From Clostridia bacterium (lineage in GTDB: Bacteria; Bacillota; Clostridia; UMGS1883): a stretch of 64,000 nucleotides of DNA. Shown one piece after another: positions 38,617-47,974 of the stretch. Within the stretch, counting starts at the first letter, position 1, and each line of letters opens with the position of its first letter. Where the stretch lies: the NCBI GenBank assembly GCA_017451505.1, contig JAFTOF010000005.1:19567-83566 (forward strand), in the 5' to 3' direction. A model generated the notes under the pieces. It made no database searches. It saw nothing but the letters and a program-made list of their open reading frames with translations, and had not been told where the DNA came from. The translations under genes were made by a program, and so were the position numbers.

Positions 38617-39270
38617 ATGAACAATACAAAAAAAATGACAACCACAGGGCTTTTGTGTACTCTTGCATATGTGGTTATGCTGACAAAATATATCTTTCCG
38701 CCGCTTTTTTCGGCGTTTCCATTTTTGCAATATGACCCCAAGGACGTGATAATCGTCATTGGCGGATACATATACGGTCCGCTTACTGCGTTTGTAATAT
38801 CCGTGATTGTTTCTTTGATAGAAATGCTCACATCAAGCTCTACGCATATTATAGGATGCTTTATGAACATTGCGGCAAGTTGTGCTTTCGCCTGCGTTGC
38901 CTCGGCAGTGTACAGTAAGTATCGCTCGATAAAGGGCGGCGTGGTGTCGCTGGTGATAGGCTCCGTTTGTGCAGTGTGTATGATGATGGTGATGAATTAC
39001 TTTGTTACGCCACTCTACACAGGTATGCCCAGACAGGCAGTTGCAGACCTTTTAATACCTGCAATTCTTCCTTTCAATATCATAAAATGCGTGCTTAATT
39101 CTGCACTTGTTCTTCTAATTTATAAGCCTATGACAAGGGTTTTAAGACGCGGAGGATTACTCAAAAGCACTAATAACTATTCTGCACGCAACGCTAATGT
39201 GGCGGTGGCTCTTTCAGCTATATTTATGATTTTAATATGTATGATAGCTCTTTGGATAGTTAACCGTTAG
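38617..39270 (+). CDS. ribU: ECF transporter S component, riboflavin (RibU-like)
   Basis: FLQYDPKDV, YGP, MNYFVTPLY, ILPFNIIK; under an FMN riboswitch. Confidence 0.88.
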   Translation: MNNTKKMTTTGLLCTLAYVVMLTKYIFPPLFSAFPFLQYDPKDVIIVIGGYIYGPLTAFVISVIVSLIEMLTSSSTHIIGCFMNIAASCAFACVASAVYSKYRSIKGGVVSLVIGSVCAVCMMMVMNYFVTPLYTGMPRQAVADLLIPAILPFNIIKCVLNSALVLLIYKPMTRVLRRGGLLKSTNNYSARNANVAVALSAIFMILICMIALWIVNR

Positions 39271-39523
39271 AAACCTTTTGCCGTTCATATTTAAGCTTTG
39301 TGGCAAGGCCTCCCCGAATGTGTCTTTCGGCTTTGTTTATATCAAGCACTTCTTGAACACGCTCTGCCAGAAGCGGGTCTATATCCATTAATCTTGTTGT
39401 GACATCTTTATGCACACCCGATTTGGAAAAACCGAAATTTTTTGCAGTTGCTCTGACTGTAGCATTATTTTCGAGAATATAGTATGCAAGCATAACGGCA
39501 CGCTTTTCAATATAATCTTTCAA
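39260..39523 (-). CDS. spoIIID: Sporulation transcription regulator SpoIIID
   Basis: MKDYIEKR, ATVRATAKNFGFSKSGVHKDVT.RL, NKAERHIRGGLATK. Confidence 0.96.
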   Translation of the reverse strand: MKDYIEKRAVMLAYYILENNATVRATAKNFGFSKSGVHKDVTTRLMDIDPLLAERVQEVLDINKAERHIRGGLATKLKYERQKVSNG

Positions 39524-39549
39524 AATTAACAGCCCCCTTCATTCGTTCT

Positions 39550-39576
39550 AACATATGAGAATAAGGGGGCTGTTAT
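39550..39576 (-). promoter_or_regulatory. SigE-type promoter of spoIIID
   Basis: ATA-N16-CATATGTT on the minus strand; spoIIID is a canonical SigE gene. Confidence 0.65.
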
Positions 39577-39607
39577 TACTAATTTTTATTTAGCCATTAT
39601 TTATCTG

Positions 39608-39862
39608 TTACTCTTTTTCGGCTCTGCCGTAAAGATTTAATCTGAAAAGACGGCTTTCGTCCTCGGGGTTTTCGCACTCTATTGTTGCCTGACTGAGCTT
39701 TGCACCCTGAATAATGCTCATAAGACCAATCATGCGGCAGAAGGCAGACATAAGATTGATTCTGTCACCCTCATCTGTTGTAAGCCAGACCTGACCCTTG
39801 CAGTTGTTAAGTTCTTTTGCAAAAACATCTACGTCAATGTTGTGAATTTCGAATTTACTCAT
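39608..39862 (-). CDS. Small HPr-like-fold protein
   Basis: DVFAKELNNCKGQVWLTTDEGDRINLMS pattern; RBS AGGAGG; SigA promoter TTGACT-N17-TATTAT at 39896-39924. Confidence 0.7.
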   Translation of the reverse strand: MSKFEIHNIDVDVFAKELNNCKGQVWLTTDEGDRINLMSAFCRMIGLMSIIQGAKLSQATIECENPEDESRLFRLNLYGRAEKE

Positions 39863-39998
39863 GGTAATTACCTCCTAAATTTATTTTACAAGCACATAAT
39901 AAGTCTTTAAATGGCAAAAGTCAAGGATTGTAATCTTATTGTAATCAAAAACGGCATTTCGGATAAAAACGAAATGCCGTTTGTTTCTTTTTTGTGTA

Positions 39999-41834
39999 TT
40001 ATTGCTGTTGTTTTTTGATTCTGTTTGCTTCTTTTGCACGAAGATCAGTATCAAGGATTCTTTTTCTTATTCTTAGAAAATGGGGTGTAACTTCAAGAAG
40101 CTCGTCATCAGCCAAAAATTCAAGGCTTTCCTCAAGGCTGAGAAGCTTGGGGGGAGTCAGGCGGAGTGCCTCATCGCTTCCTGCGGCACGCATATTTGTT
40201 GCCTGCTTTCTCTTGCATACATTTACCACAATATCCTCAAGGCGGCTGCATTCGCCTACAACCATTCCCATATAAACCTTTTCACCGGGTCCTATAAACA
40301 TCTGTCCGCGGTCCTGTGAATTAAAAAGACCATAAGCAACGGATTCACCCGTTTCATATGCTACCAGACTTCCTCTGGAGCGTGTCGTAAATTCTCCGGG
40401 AATCATCGGCTCGTAAGAATCAAACACGCTGTTAATAATGCCTGTACCCTTTGTAGCGGTCAGAAGCTCGCCGCGGTAACCGATAAGTCCTCTTGAGGGG
40501 ATTCTGAACTCAAGCTTTGTATAGCCTGCGGCACCGGGAGCCATATTTACAAGACTGCCCTTTCTCGCACCGATACCCTCCATGACAACGCCCGTATGCT
40601 CATCGGGAACATCTACAGTCAGCATTTCAAAAGGCTCGCACAAAACACCGTCAATTTCCTTGTTAATCGTCTTGGGCTTGCTTACTTGGAATTCATAGCC
40701 CTCACGACGCATATTTTCAATAAGAACTGAAAGGTGAAGCTCACCTCTGCCCGAAACTACAAAGCTGTCGGGAGATTCAGTTTCCGTTACTTTAAGTGCA
40801 ATATTGCTTTCAAGCTCCTTTATTAATCTGTCGCGAAGATGTCGGCTTGTTACATAGTCACCGTCCTGACCTGCAAATGGGCTGTTGTTTACGCTGAAGG
40901 TCATGGAAAGAACAGGCTCGTCGACAGGGGTAAAGGGGAGAGGCTCTACTACGCCCGAAGCACAGATGGTATCGCCAATGTTGATTTTTTCAACACCGCT
41001 GATTGCAACAATCTCACCTGCACCAGCCTCGTCAATAACCTGCTTTTCCAAATCCTTGTAGGAGAAAAGCTTTGATACTCTGGAATTATAGGAATCCATA
41101 CCCTCACGGCTTATTGTAATGGGCATGTTTGTTTTTACGAAGCCGCGGTTAATTCTGCCTACCGCAATTCTGCCTGTAAATGTGTCATAATCAATATTGG
41201 ATACAAGCATCTGGAATTCTCCCTGTGTTGTATCCTCGGGGGCAGGAATATGCTTCACGATAAGGTCAAAAAGAACCTTAAGGTCATCGGGATGATTGTC
41301 AGGAGAAAGGCTCGCCCAGCCGTCACGTCCAGAAACATAAACAACGGGGGAATCAAGCTGTTCATCAGTTGCATCAAGGTCAATGAAAAGCTCCAACAGC
41401 TCGTCAGTTACTTCATAAGGACGTGCATTGGGCCTGTCTGCCTTGTTTACAACCATTATAATTGACAGGTTAAGTTCCAAAGCTTTTTTCAGAACAAATC
41501 TTGTCTGGGGCATACAACCCTCAAAAGCATCTACAAGGAGAAGCACACCGTCCGCCATTTTAAGACCGCGTTCAACCTCGCCGCCGAAATCCGCATGACC
41601 GGGGGTGTCGATGATATTTATTTTCACATCATTGTACATAAGTGATGTGTTTTTTGCAAGAATAGTAATACCGCGTTCTTTTTCAATATCGTTGGAGTCC
41701 ATTACACGTTCTTCCACCTGTGCGTTTTCACGGAAAACACCGCTCTGGCGTAACAGTGCGTCAACCAGTGTTGTTTTACCGTGGTCAACATGGGCGATAA
41801 TTGCAATGTTTCTTATGTTTTTAGGTTCTATCAT
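39999..41834 (-). CDS. typA: Translational GTPase TypA/BipA
   Basis: IRNIAIIAHVDHGKTTLVD, DTPGHADFGGEVER, GRGELHL, ELLEVTP. Confidence 0.97.
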   Translation of the reverse strand: MIEPKNIRNIAIIAHVDHGKTTLVDALLRQSGVFRENAQVEERVMDSNDIEKERGITILAKNTSLMYNDVKINIIDTPGHADFGGEVERGLKMADGVLLLVDAFEGCMPQTRFVLKKALELNLSIIMVVNKADRPNARPYEVTDELLELFIDLDATDEQLDSPVVYVSGRDGWASLSPDNHPDDLKVLFDLIVKHIPAPEDTTQGEFQMLVSNIDYDTFTGRIAVGRINRGFVKTNMPITISREGMDSYNSRVSKLFSYKDLEKQVIDEAGAGEIVAISGVEKINIGDTICASGVVEPLPFTPVDEPVLSMTFSVNNSPFAGQDGDYVTSRHLRDRLIKELESNIALKVTETESPDSFVVSGRGELHLSVLIENMRREGYEFQVSKPKTINKEIDGVLCEPFEMLTVDVPDEHTGVVMEGIGARKGSLVNMAPGAAGYTKLEFRIPSRGLIGYRGELLTATKGTGIINSVFDSYEPMIPGEFTTRSRGSLVAYETGESVAYGLFNSQDRGQMFIGPGEKVYMGMVVGECSRLEDIVVNVCKRKQATNMRAAGSDEALRLTPPKLLSLEESLEFLADDELLEVTPHFLRIRKRILDTDLRAKEANRIKKQQQ

Positions 41835-41853
41835 TTATATACTTCCTTTCGGG

Positions 41854-42438
41854 TTATTTCCTTTTGGTGTTTTTCTCTATAACGAAGGTGCTCCACGTGT
41901 CTGCATACTGTAAAAGCAACAACAGCGGTGTTTCCTTTGTTGCCACACTCTTGTTATCATCCACATACTGACCGTCATGATACATAACGGCTTGTACTTC
42001 GCTTTCGGAAAGCGAAATGTAGGGGATAGCAAGATACAGACTCCTTACGGGAACACTCAGGTACACAAGGCTTTCATTTATTCTGTAAGGAATTGATGCA
42101 GGGAAACCATATTGCTTCTGCTTGGGGGTAGGCTCGTTTTCAAGATACTGGGGAACGCCGGGCATACCTGCCTTTCCCAAATCGTGAATAAGTGCCGTTA
42201 TAATACAGCTTTCCTCGTCAATTTCAGGAGCAAGGGAAGAACGCAGTTTGAGCATGGTTTCAGCCACATTTACACTATGCTCCAAAAGTCCCTGCTTTCT
42301 GCACAGGTGGAAGCGTGTGCTGGCGGGAGAACTGAGATAATCCGTTTCATTTTCCATAAAGTTAATTAAAGCGGTGAATTCATCTTTTCTTTTTACCACA
42401 CGGTTTTTAAGAGCTTCATAACGCTCGATTACTGTCAT
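41854..42438 (-). CDS. HD-domain phosphohydrolase
   Basis: PASTRFH, GLLEHS, LIHDLGK, YHDG, YAD; RBS AGGAGG before MTVIER. Confidence 0.88.
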   Translation of the reverse strand: MTVIERYEALKNRVVKRKDEFTALINFMENETDYLSSPASTRFHLCRKQGLLEHSVNVAETMLKLRSSLAPEIDEESCIITALIHDLGKAGMPGVPQYLENEPTPKQKQYGFPASIPYRINESLVYLSVPVRSLYLAIPYISLSESEVQAVMYHDGQYVDDNKSVATKETPLLLLLQYADTWSTFVIEKNTKRK

Positions 42439-42618
42439 ATAATTTACCCTCCTGAAAACACTTCTATTAATTATATAACAAATCAGGTCATATTTCAACA
42501 AATTTTTGAGCAAATATTAATCGGTGTTTTTGCAACAGGAGTATTGTGCTTTTTACTGCGTAGTGATATAATGGTTTTAAAATAGCCAAATTTAAAAAAG
42601 AAGAAGGGACAAAATGAG

Positions 42619-44217
42619 ATGAAATTATCAAAAGAGACCAATGCTTTTAATTACAAGGCAGGCTATACATATATATCTTTTAAACAAGCAGAACTTTTTA
42701 CCATGTACCTTTTGCCGAATGAAAAAGGAAAATTTCCTGTTGTGATTATAAGGACTCCATATGTTGATAAGTATGAAAATTGGGAAGAAGCAGATGTAGT
42801 AATATCATATATGAATGAATATAAAGAATGGCTGAAAAACGGCTATGCAGTAGTGATTCAGCATTGCAGAGGCCGAGGTAAAAGCACAGGCGATTGCATT
42901 CCTTATATCAACGAACGAGAAGACGGGCTAAACTTGCATGAATGGATAAGAAAACAGGCTTTTTATAACGGAGAACTTTATTTTAAAGGAAGGAGCTACT
43001 ATACTTCAGTTCATTATCTGACAGCTCCATTTTCCGATGATGTCAAAGGGGCAATATTCTCCGTTCAGGATACTGAAAGATATAATATGAACTATACAAA
43101 CGGATTCTTGAAAAAAGAAGGTCGTGGGTCTTGGTATGTAAGAATGTATAAAGCAAAATCCCATATGAGAAAAAATTATACTAAGGATACGTTGGATATG
43201 CTGCCGGTCAAGGATTTCACAAAAACCGTTTTTGGGGAAAGCGTGAAAGATTTTGATGATGTACTCAAAGCTCCAAATAAGGATAATGAGTTCTGGAATA
43301 CAAAGCTGGGCGGGGCAGACACAAGAAATGTTACAGATAACGTGGCATTTCCGGTTTTGTTTACAACCGGATTTTATGATATTTATACCGGTGGAATTTT
43401 TGATATGTGGAATAAGATGGATGATAAAAGCAGAAAAAATAGTGCATTGCTTGTTTCGCCCTATGACCACAGTGATAGCTATAACAAAGAAAATTCATTC
43501 GCTTTTGAGAATGGTAAATTAATTGAACATTTTGGTGAAAATTACGAAATAGAATGGTTTAACTATATACGAAAAACAAGTGCCAAAGTGCCTTTTGAAC
43601 TTGGAAAGGTAACCTACTACAGGTTGTTTGAAAATAAATGGGCAACTGATGATTTTAAACCATTGAGCAATACTATGAAGATGAAATTGGGCGACACCAC
43701 AGCATCATATATATATAATCCATATGATGCACCGAGATTTAAGGGTGGGTTGTCAAGAAATTTTGGTGGAACTGTTTATCAGGATGCACCAAATTCCCAC
43801 TACGGTATTATATCTGTATACACTGAACCTTTTGAAAAGGAAACCTTTGTGAAAGGAAAAATGTCCGCTCAGTTAAAGGTTAAATCAGATTGTGAGGATA
43901 CGTGCTTTTATGTAAGAATAAGCATTACAAAGGAAAAAGGAGATTTGGGACTTAGGGATGACATTACTTCGCTTTGTTATCAGCTTGGCGATTATGAGCC
44001 AAACAGTGAAGTGGATTTAATGTTTAATTTTGACGAGCATGCCTTTTTAATAAAGAAAGGTGAAAGGTTAAGAATTGATATTGCATCAGCAGATAATGAA
44101 CATTATGTTCGTCATACTAATCAAAAAGGGTTATATAGCGAGCAAACATCGGCAAAAATCGCACATAACACAGTATATTTGCAAAATTCATATTTGACGT
44201 TGCCGGTTGAAGTGTAA
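42619..44217 (+). CDS. CocE/NonD family serine hydrolase
   Basis: FPVVIIRTPY, RGRGKSTG, EREDG, GRSY nucleophile motif, GFYD, KKGERLRIDIAS. Confidence 0.85.
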   Translation: MKLSKETNAFNYKAGYTYISFKQAELFTMYLLPNEKGKFPVVIIRTPYVDKYENWEEADVVISYMNEYKEWLKNGYAVVIQHCRGRGKSTGDCIPYINEREDGLNLHEWIRKQAFYNGELYFKGRSYYTSVHYLTAPFSDDVKGAIFSVQDTERYNMNYTNGFLKKEGRGSWYVRMYKAKSHMRKNYTKDTLDMLPVKDFTKTVFGESVKDFDDVLKAPNKDNEFWNTKLGGADTRNVTDNVAFPVLFTTGFYDIYTGGIFDMWNKMDDKSRKNSALLVSPYDHSDSYNKENSFAFENGKLIEHFGENYEIEWFNYIRKTSAKVPFELGKVTYYRLFENKWATDDFKPLSNTMKMKLGDTTASYIYNPYDAPRFKGGLSRNFGGTVYQDAPNSHYGIISVYTEPFEKETFVKGKMSAQLKVKSDCEDTCFYVRISITKEKGDLGLRDDITSLCYQLGDYEPNSEVDLMFNFDEHAFLIKKGERLRIDIASADNEHYVRHTNQKGLYSEQTSAKIAHNTVYLQNSYLTLPVEV

Positions 44218-44253
44218 TTTATTGAATTAATTTACAGCGTGGAGGATAAACAT

Positions 44254-45066
44254 ATGGATAATAAAACACTTACGAATTATCATACCCATACGTCCTATTG
44301 CGATGGGAAAAACACGCCTGAGGAGATTGTTTTATCTGCTATTGAAAAAGGGCTTTCCGCAATAGGCTTTTCGGGGCACGGATATACTCCATTTGATTTA
44401 TGCTATTGCATGAAAGAAACCCCATCTTACATTCAAGAAATATCAAAGCTGAAAAGAAAATACGGTGATAAAATAGAAATTTACTGCGGAGTTGAGGAGG
44501 ATGCGTTTTCCCCTGTGCAGAGAGAAAATTTTGATTATATTATCGGAAGCTCCCACTATTTTAATATAGACGGGCAGTACTATCCCATTGACTCCGATTA
44601 TGAAGGCTTTAAGAAATGTCTGGAGGCTTTTGATAATGATGCTTCAAAGCTTGCCGAAGTCTATTATAGCACCTTCGTCAGCTATATTACGGAAAGAAAG
44701 CCTGATATTGTGGGGCATTTTGACCTGATAACGAAATATGATGAGGTTGACGAGCAACGTTTTTTAAATAATTCCGAATATTTAAAGATTGCCAAAAAAT
44801 ATTTGCAAAAAGCCGCAGAAAATGATGTAATTTTTGAAGTGAATACAGGAGCAATCTCACGGGGGATAAGAAAGACGCCGTATCTCGGAGAAGAACTTCT
44901 TTACATACTTAAGGAAAAAGGAAGCAAGGTGATGCTTTCTTCGGACAGCCACAGCGTAGATACCTTGGATTTTTATTTTGAAGAAGCAAAGAAGCTGCTG
45001 CGTGACGTTGGGTTTGACCATGTGTATGAACTCCACCAAGGCACATTTAAGAAAAGACTTATATAG
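44254..45066 (+). CDS. HisJ-family PHP phosphatase (histidinol-phosphatase-like)
   Basis: NYHTHTSYCDG, GFSGH, DYIIGSSH, GHFDL, EVNTG, SSDSH. Confidence 0.88.
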   Translation: MDNKTLTNYHTHTSYCDGKNTPEEIVLSAIEKGLSAIGFSGHGYTPFDLCYCMKETPSYIQEISKLKRKYGDKIEIYCGVEEDAFSPVQRENFDYIIGSSHYFNIDGQYYPIDSDYEGFKKCLEAFDNDASKLAEVYYSTFVSYITERKPDIVGHFDLITKYDEVDEQRFLNNSEYLKIAKKYLQKAAENDVIFEVNTGAISRGIRKTPYLGEELLYILKEKGSKVMLSSDSHSVDTLDFYFEEAKKLLRDVGFDHVYELHQGTFKKRLI

Positions 45067-45090
45067 TTTCATAAAAGCGGAGGTAACACC

Positions 45091-45615
45091 ATGCTTGAGT
45101 TTGAATTTAAAATCCTTGACTTTATACGAGAATATATGTCAACCCCGATAATGGATAAAATAATGTGTTTTTTCACATTTTTGGGAAATGCAGGCTGGAT
45201 ATGGATAGCTTTGGCGTGTGTGTGTCTGTGCAGTAATAAATACCGCTATACGGGAATAATGCTTTCGGTGGGGCTTTTAATGAGTCTTGTTGTTGCAAAC
45301 CTTATACTAAAGCCTGCCTTTGCCAGACTTCGCCCTTTCCAGATAAAAGAGGGGATAGAGCTTATTATTGCCGCACCCAGTGATTTTTCTTTTCCGTCAG
45401 GGCATACCATGGCATCTGTAATTTGTGCAACGATTATATTTTTACAGCATAAAAAAATGGGAATTTATGCCATAGTTTTAGCTGCGATAATTTCTTTTTC
45501 AAGGCTTTATCTGTATATACATTTTCCTACCGATGTATTTTTCGGGGCAATTCTGGGAATGTTATTAGGTGTATTGGCGGTAAAAATTGTAAGGCGTTAC
45601 TTTAGAATAATATAA
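45091..45615 (+). CDS. PAP2 family phosphatase
   Basis: K...R.RP, SFPSGHT, SRLYLYIHFPTDV. Confidence 0.92.
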   Translation: MLEFEFKILDFIREYMSTPIMDKIMCFFTFLGNAGWIWIALACVCLCSNKYRYTGIMLSVGLLMSLVVANLILKPAFARLRPFQIKEGIELIIAAPSDFSFPSGHTMASVICATIIFLQHKKMGIYAIVLAAIISFSRLYLYIHFPTDVFFGAILGMLLGVLAVKIVRRYFRII

Positions 45616-45633
45616 ATTAAAACCTCCATACTA
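45605..45633 (+). promoter_or_regulatory. SigG-type forespore promoter
   Basis: GAATA-N17-CATACTA, matching GnATA-N17/18-CATAnTA. Confidence 0.55.
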
Positions 45634-45667
45634 ATATTATAACCGTAGAAAATAAGGAGGTTTTAAT

Positions 45668-45847
45668 ATGAAGAAATGTACAACGGGTTTTCTTAAAGGT
45701 CTTGCCACAGGTGCAGTCATGGGAGGAGCAATGTGCCTTATGATGGATCCTCCCGATACTGCAAAAATCAAAAAAGCATATAAAAAAACCAACCGTGCGT
45801 TAAAGACAGTTGGCTATGCTATTGAGGAATTAGTATCTAATAATTAA
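45668..45847 (+). CDS. 59-aa YtxH-like small protein (below ORF-track cutoff)
   Basis: MKKCTTGFLKGLATGAVMGGAMCLMMDPPDTAKIKKAYKKTNRALKTVGYAIEELVSNN*; RBS AAGGAGG; own terminator. Confidence 0.75.
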   Translation: MKKCTTGFLKGLATGAVMGGAMCLMMDPPDTAKIKKAYKKTNRALKTVGYAIEELVSNN

Positions 45848-45848
45848 A

Positions 45849-45889
45849 TAAAAGAGGCAGTAAAAACATATGTTTTTACTGCCTCTTTA
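45849..45889. terminator. Bidirectional terminator (small ORF/lexA)
   Basis: aaagaggcagtaaaaac/gtttttactgcctcttt. Confidence 0.85.
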
Positions 45890-45890
45890 T

Positions 45891-46514
45891 TTAAAATAAC
45901 CTATACACTCCGACTACTCTTCCTAAAATAGAAACACTTTCCACGATAATAGGCTCCATAAAATCATTTTCGGGCTGAAGGCGGAAATGCCCGTCCTCTT
46001 TATAAAATGTTTTTACAGTAGCACTGTCGTCCACAAGTGCTACTACCATTTCTCCGTTACGGGCAACCTCGCACTTTTCTACAATTACATAGTCCCCGTC
46101 AAGTATGCCTGCATTAATCATGCTTTCTCCGTGAACCTTCAGCATGTAGACATCATTCTTCTTGGCAAAGTCCATAGGAAGCGGAAAGGTGCGTTCTAAG
46201 TTTTCCTCTGCTAAAATGGGAAGTCCTGCACTTACCCTGCCTATTACGGGAACTTCCAGGTATTCCTTTTCCATAGCAGAAATGTTTGTGGGAACGTTCT
46301 TTAACCTTATTCCTCGTGAACTTCCGTTTTCCTTAATAATATGTCCGTTTTTTTCAAGTCGTTTTAAATATCCGTGAACCGTAGAGGGCGAGTTAAGACC
46401 AACGGCTTCACAAATTTCACGAACGGTGGGTGGGTAGCCTTTTTGGGAAACCTGCTTTTCTATAAAACTTAGTATCTGCTGCTGTTTATCTATATTTGCT
46501 GCCAAATATATCAC
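45891..46514 (-). CDS. lexA: LexA repressor
   Basis: GYPPTVREIC, SPSTVHGYL, GRVSAGLPILA (Ala-Gly cleavage site), GESM, ATVK, LQPEN. Confidence 0.96.
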   Translation of the reverse strand: MIYLAANIDKQQQILSFIEKQVSQKGYPPTVREICEAVGLNSPSTVHGYLKRLEKNGHIIKENGSSRGIRLKNVPTNISAMEKEYLEVPVIGRVSAGLPILAEENLERTFPLPMDFAKKNDVYMLKVHGESMINAGILDGDYVIVEKCEVARNGEMVVALVDDSATVKTFYKEDGHFRLQPENDFMEPIIVESVSILGRVVGVYRLF

Positions 46515-46563
46515 CCTCCAAATTTTAGTATATATTGATTATAACACACTTTAAAACAAAAAT

Positions 46564-46577
46564 CAAACATTTGTTCG
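46564..46577 (-). promoter_or_regulatory. LexA (SOS/Cheo) box overlapping the lexA -35
   Basis: CGAACAAATGTTTG fits GAAC-N4-GTTY; promoter TTGATT-N17-TATAAT. Confidence 0.85.
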
Positions 46578-46696
46578 AAAAAAGTTGAAAATTTTAAGCT
46601 TTATGGAGCGATAATGTAATCAGAGTGAATTTTACTTGACTTATTTGTCATAAATTGATATTATATAAGGGAATGTAGTAGAGAGGAAGTGGCATA

Positions 46697-47908
46697 GTGA
46701 ATACAGAAAATAATGTAAATGAAAATATTGATGATACAAATCTCCAGACTGAAAACGCCATTGATAATATTGAGCCTTCGGAAAATGTACAGACTCCCGA
46801 AGCTCCCCAAAAGAGTATAGAGGAGCAGACTGCGGACTTTGTTTCGGAATTTGCACCTGCCCCCATTAATATTCCTAAGTATAACAGGGAAAAGGAGCAG
46901 AAAAAGGCTGAAAAAGCAGGACAAAAGGCTAAAAAACAGGTAACCCAAAAATCAAGAAAAAGACGGGCAAAGCTAAAGAAAGCAATTTATATTGCGAGAA
47001 CGGCAGGGCTTTTCATTCTTCTTGCGGCAGTTGTGACCACTATGGTTTTCTCGCTCCTTGTGAAGATGAACACAACAGAGCATGCTATAGAAACGGCAAT
47101 CCGCAACAATAACCCCGAGCTTTTCACTATAGGAAAAATCAAGAAGCCTGATAAAATTAATCTCAGTCCCAGTTCTCCCAGAGCGGCATTGGCTGATATT
47201 ATAAGGGATAACTCCGACCATGTTATTACATATGATGATATAGCCCGTGAGGTAAAGCGTTCCAACTATTCGCACTTTTTGGCAACTCTATCCCACGATA
47301 TTATTGATTATTATCTTTTCGGGAACGAGTATCAGGGAGTCACCGAGGAAAATATTGAATCGTTGATTCTTTCAGCATCCAAGCGTATCTACGGATTGAC
47401 AGGCAGAAATGTAGGGGAGAGTGCGTCTAAGGAATTTGCGGCATATATAAAGAATTCCTCTTTCTTTGACGACCTTTCACGCGAAAACATAATGCGTCAG
47501 ACAAATACAGAGCAAACACAGCTTACATCAATTCTGTTTTCAACGATAACGCTTATTTGCCTTGTTGTTGCGGCGATACTTTTGATTGTACTTGTAATCG
47601 TAAGCTGCAAAGGAATAGCTCATAAAATTATCGGTTGGGCTATTATAATCGGCGGTGCACTGACAGGCATTGCAGGGTATTTTACAACTTCATTCTTTAA
47701 TGCACGCAGTGAGCTTTTGAAAGATGTGGCAGAGGTAATACTCAATACCTTTAACCATAATGCAATTATCTGGAGCGGTCTTACCGTTGTTATCGGTATC
47801 GTAATAATGCTTATGGGCAAAATGATAACTGATGAAGATGACGATTATGATGAATATGAAGAAAACGGTTATATTGACGAAATAGAGCAGGTTGCAACAG
47901 AACAATAA
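46697..47908 (+). CDS. Hypothetical membrane protein (about 4 TM, acidic termini)
   Basis: 403-aa ORF, RBS GAGAGG, GTG start, hydrophobic segments. Confidence 0.75.
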   Translation: MNTENNVNENIDDTNLQTENAIDNIEPSENVQTPEAPQKSIEEQTADFVSEFAPAPINIPKYNREKEQKKAEKAGQKAKKQVTQKSRKRRAKLKKAIYIARTAGLFILLAAVVTTMVFSLLVKMNTTEHAIETAIRNNNPELFTIGKIKKPDKINLSPSSPRAALADIIRDNSDHVITYDDIAREVKRSNYSHFLATLSHDIIDYYLFGNEYQGVTEENIESLILSASKRIYGLTGRNVGESASKEFAAYIKNSSFFDDLSRENIMRQTNTEQTQLTSILFSTITLICLVVAAILLIVLVIVSCKGIAHKIIGWAIIIGGALTGIAGYFTTSFFNARSELLKDVAEVILNTFNHNAIIWSGLTVVIGIVIMLMGKMITDEDDDYDEYEENGYIDEIEQVATEQ

Positions 47909-47974
47909 GAAATGGAGGGTGTAAAAAGTATTTTTTACACCCTGCTTTTTTAATAAATAAGAACGGAAGATTAT

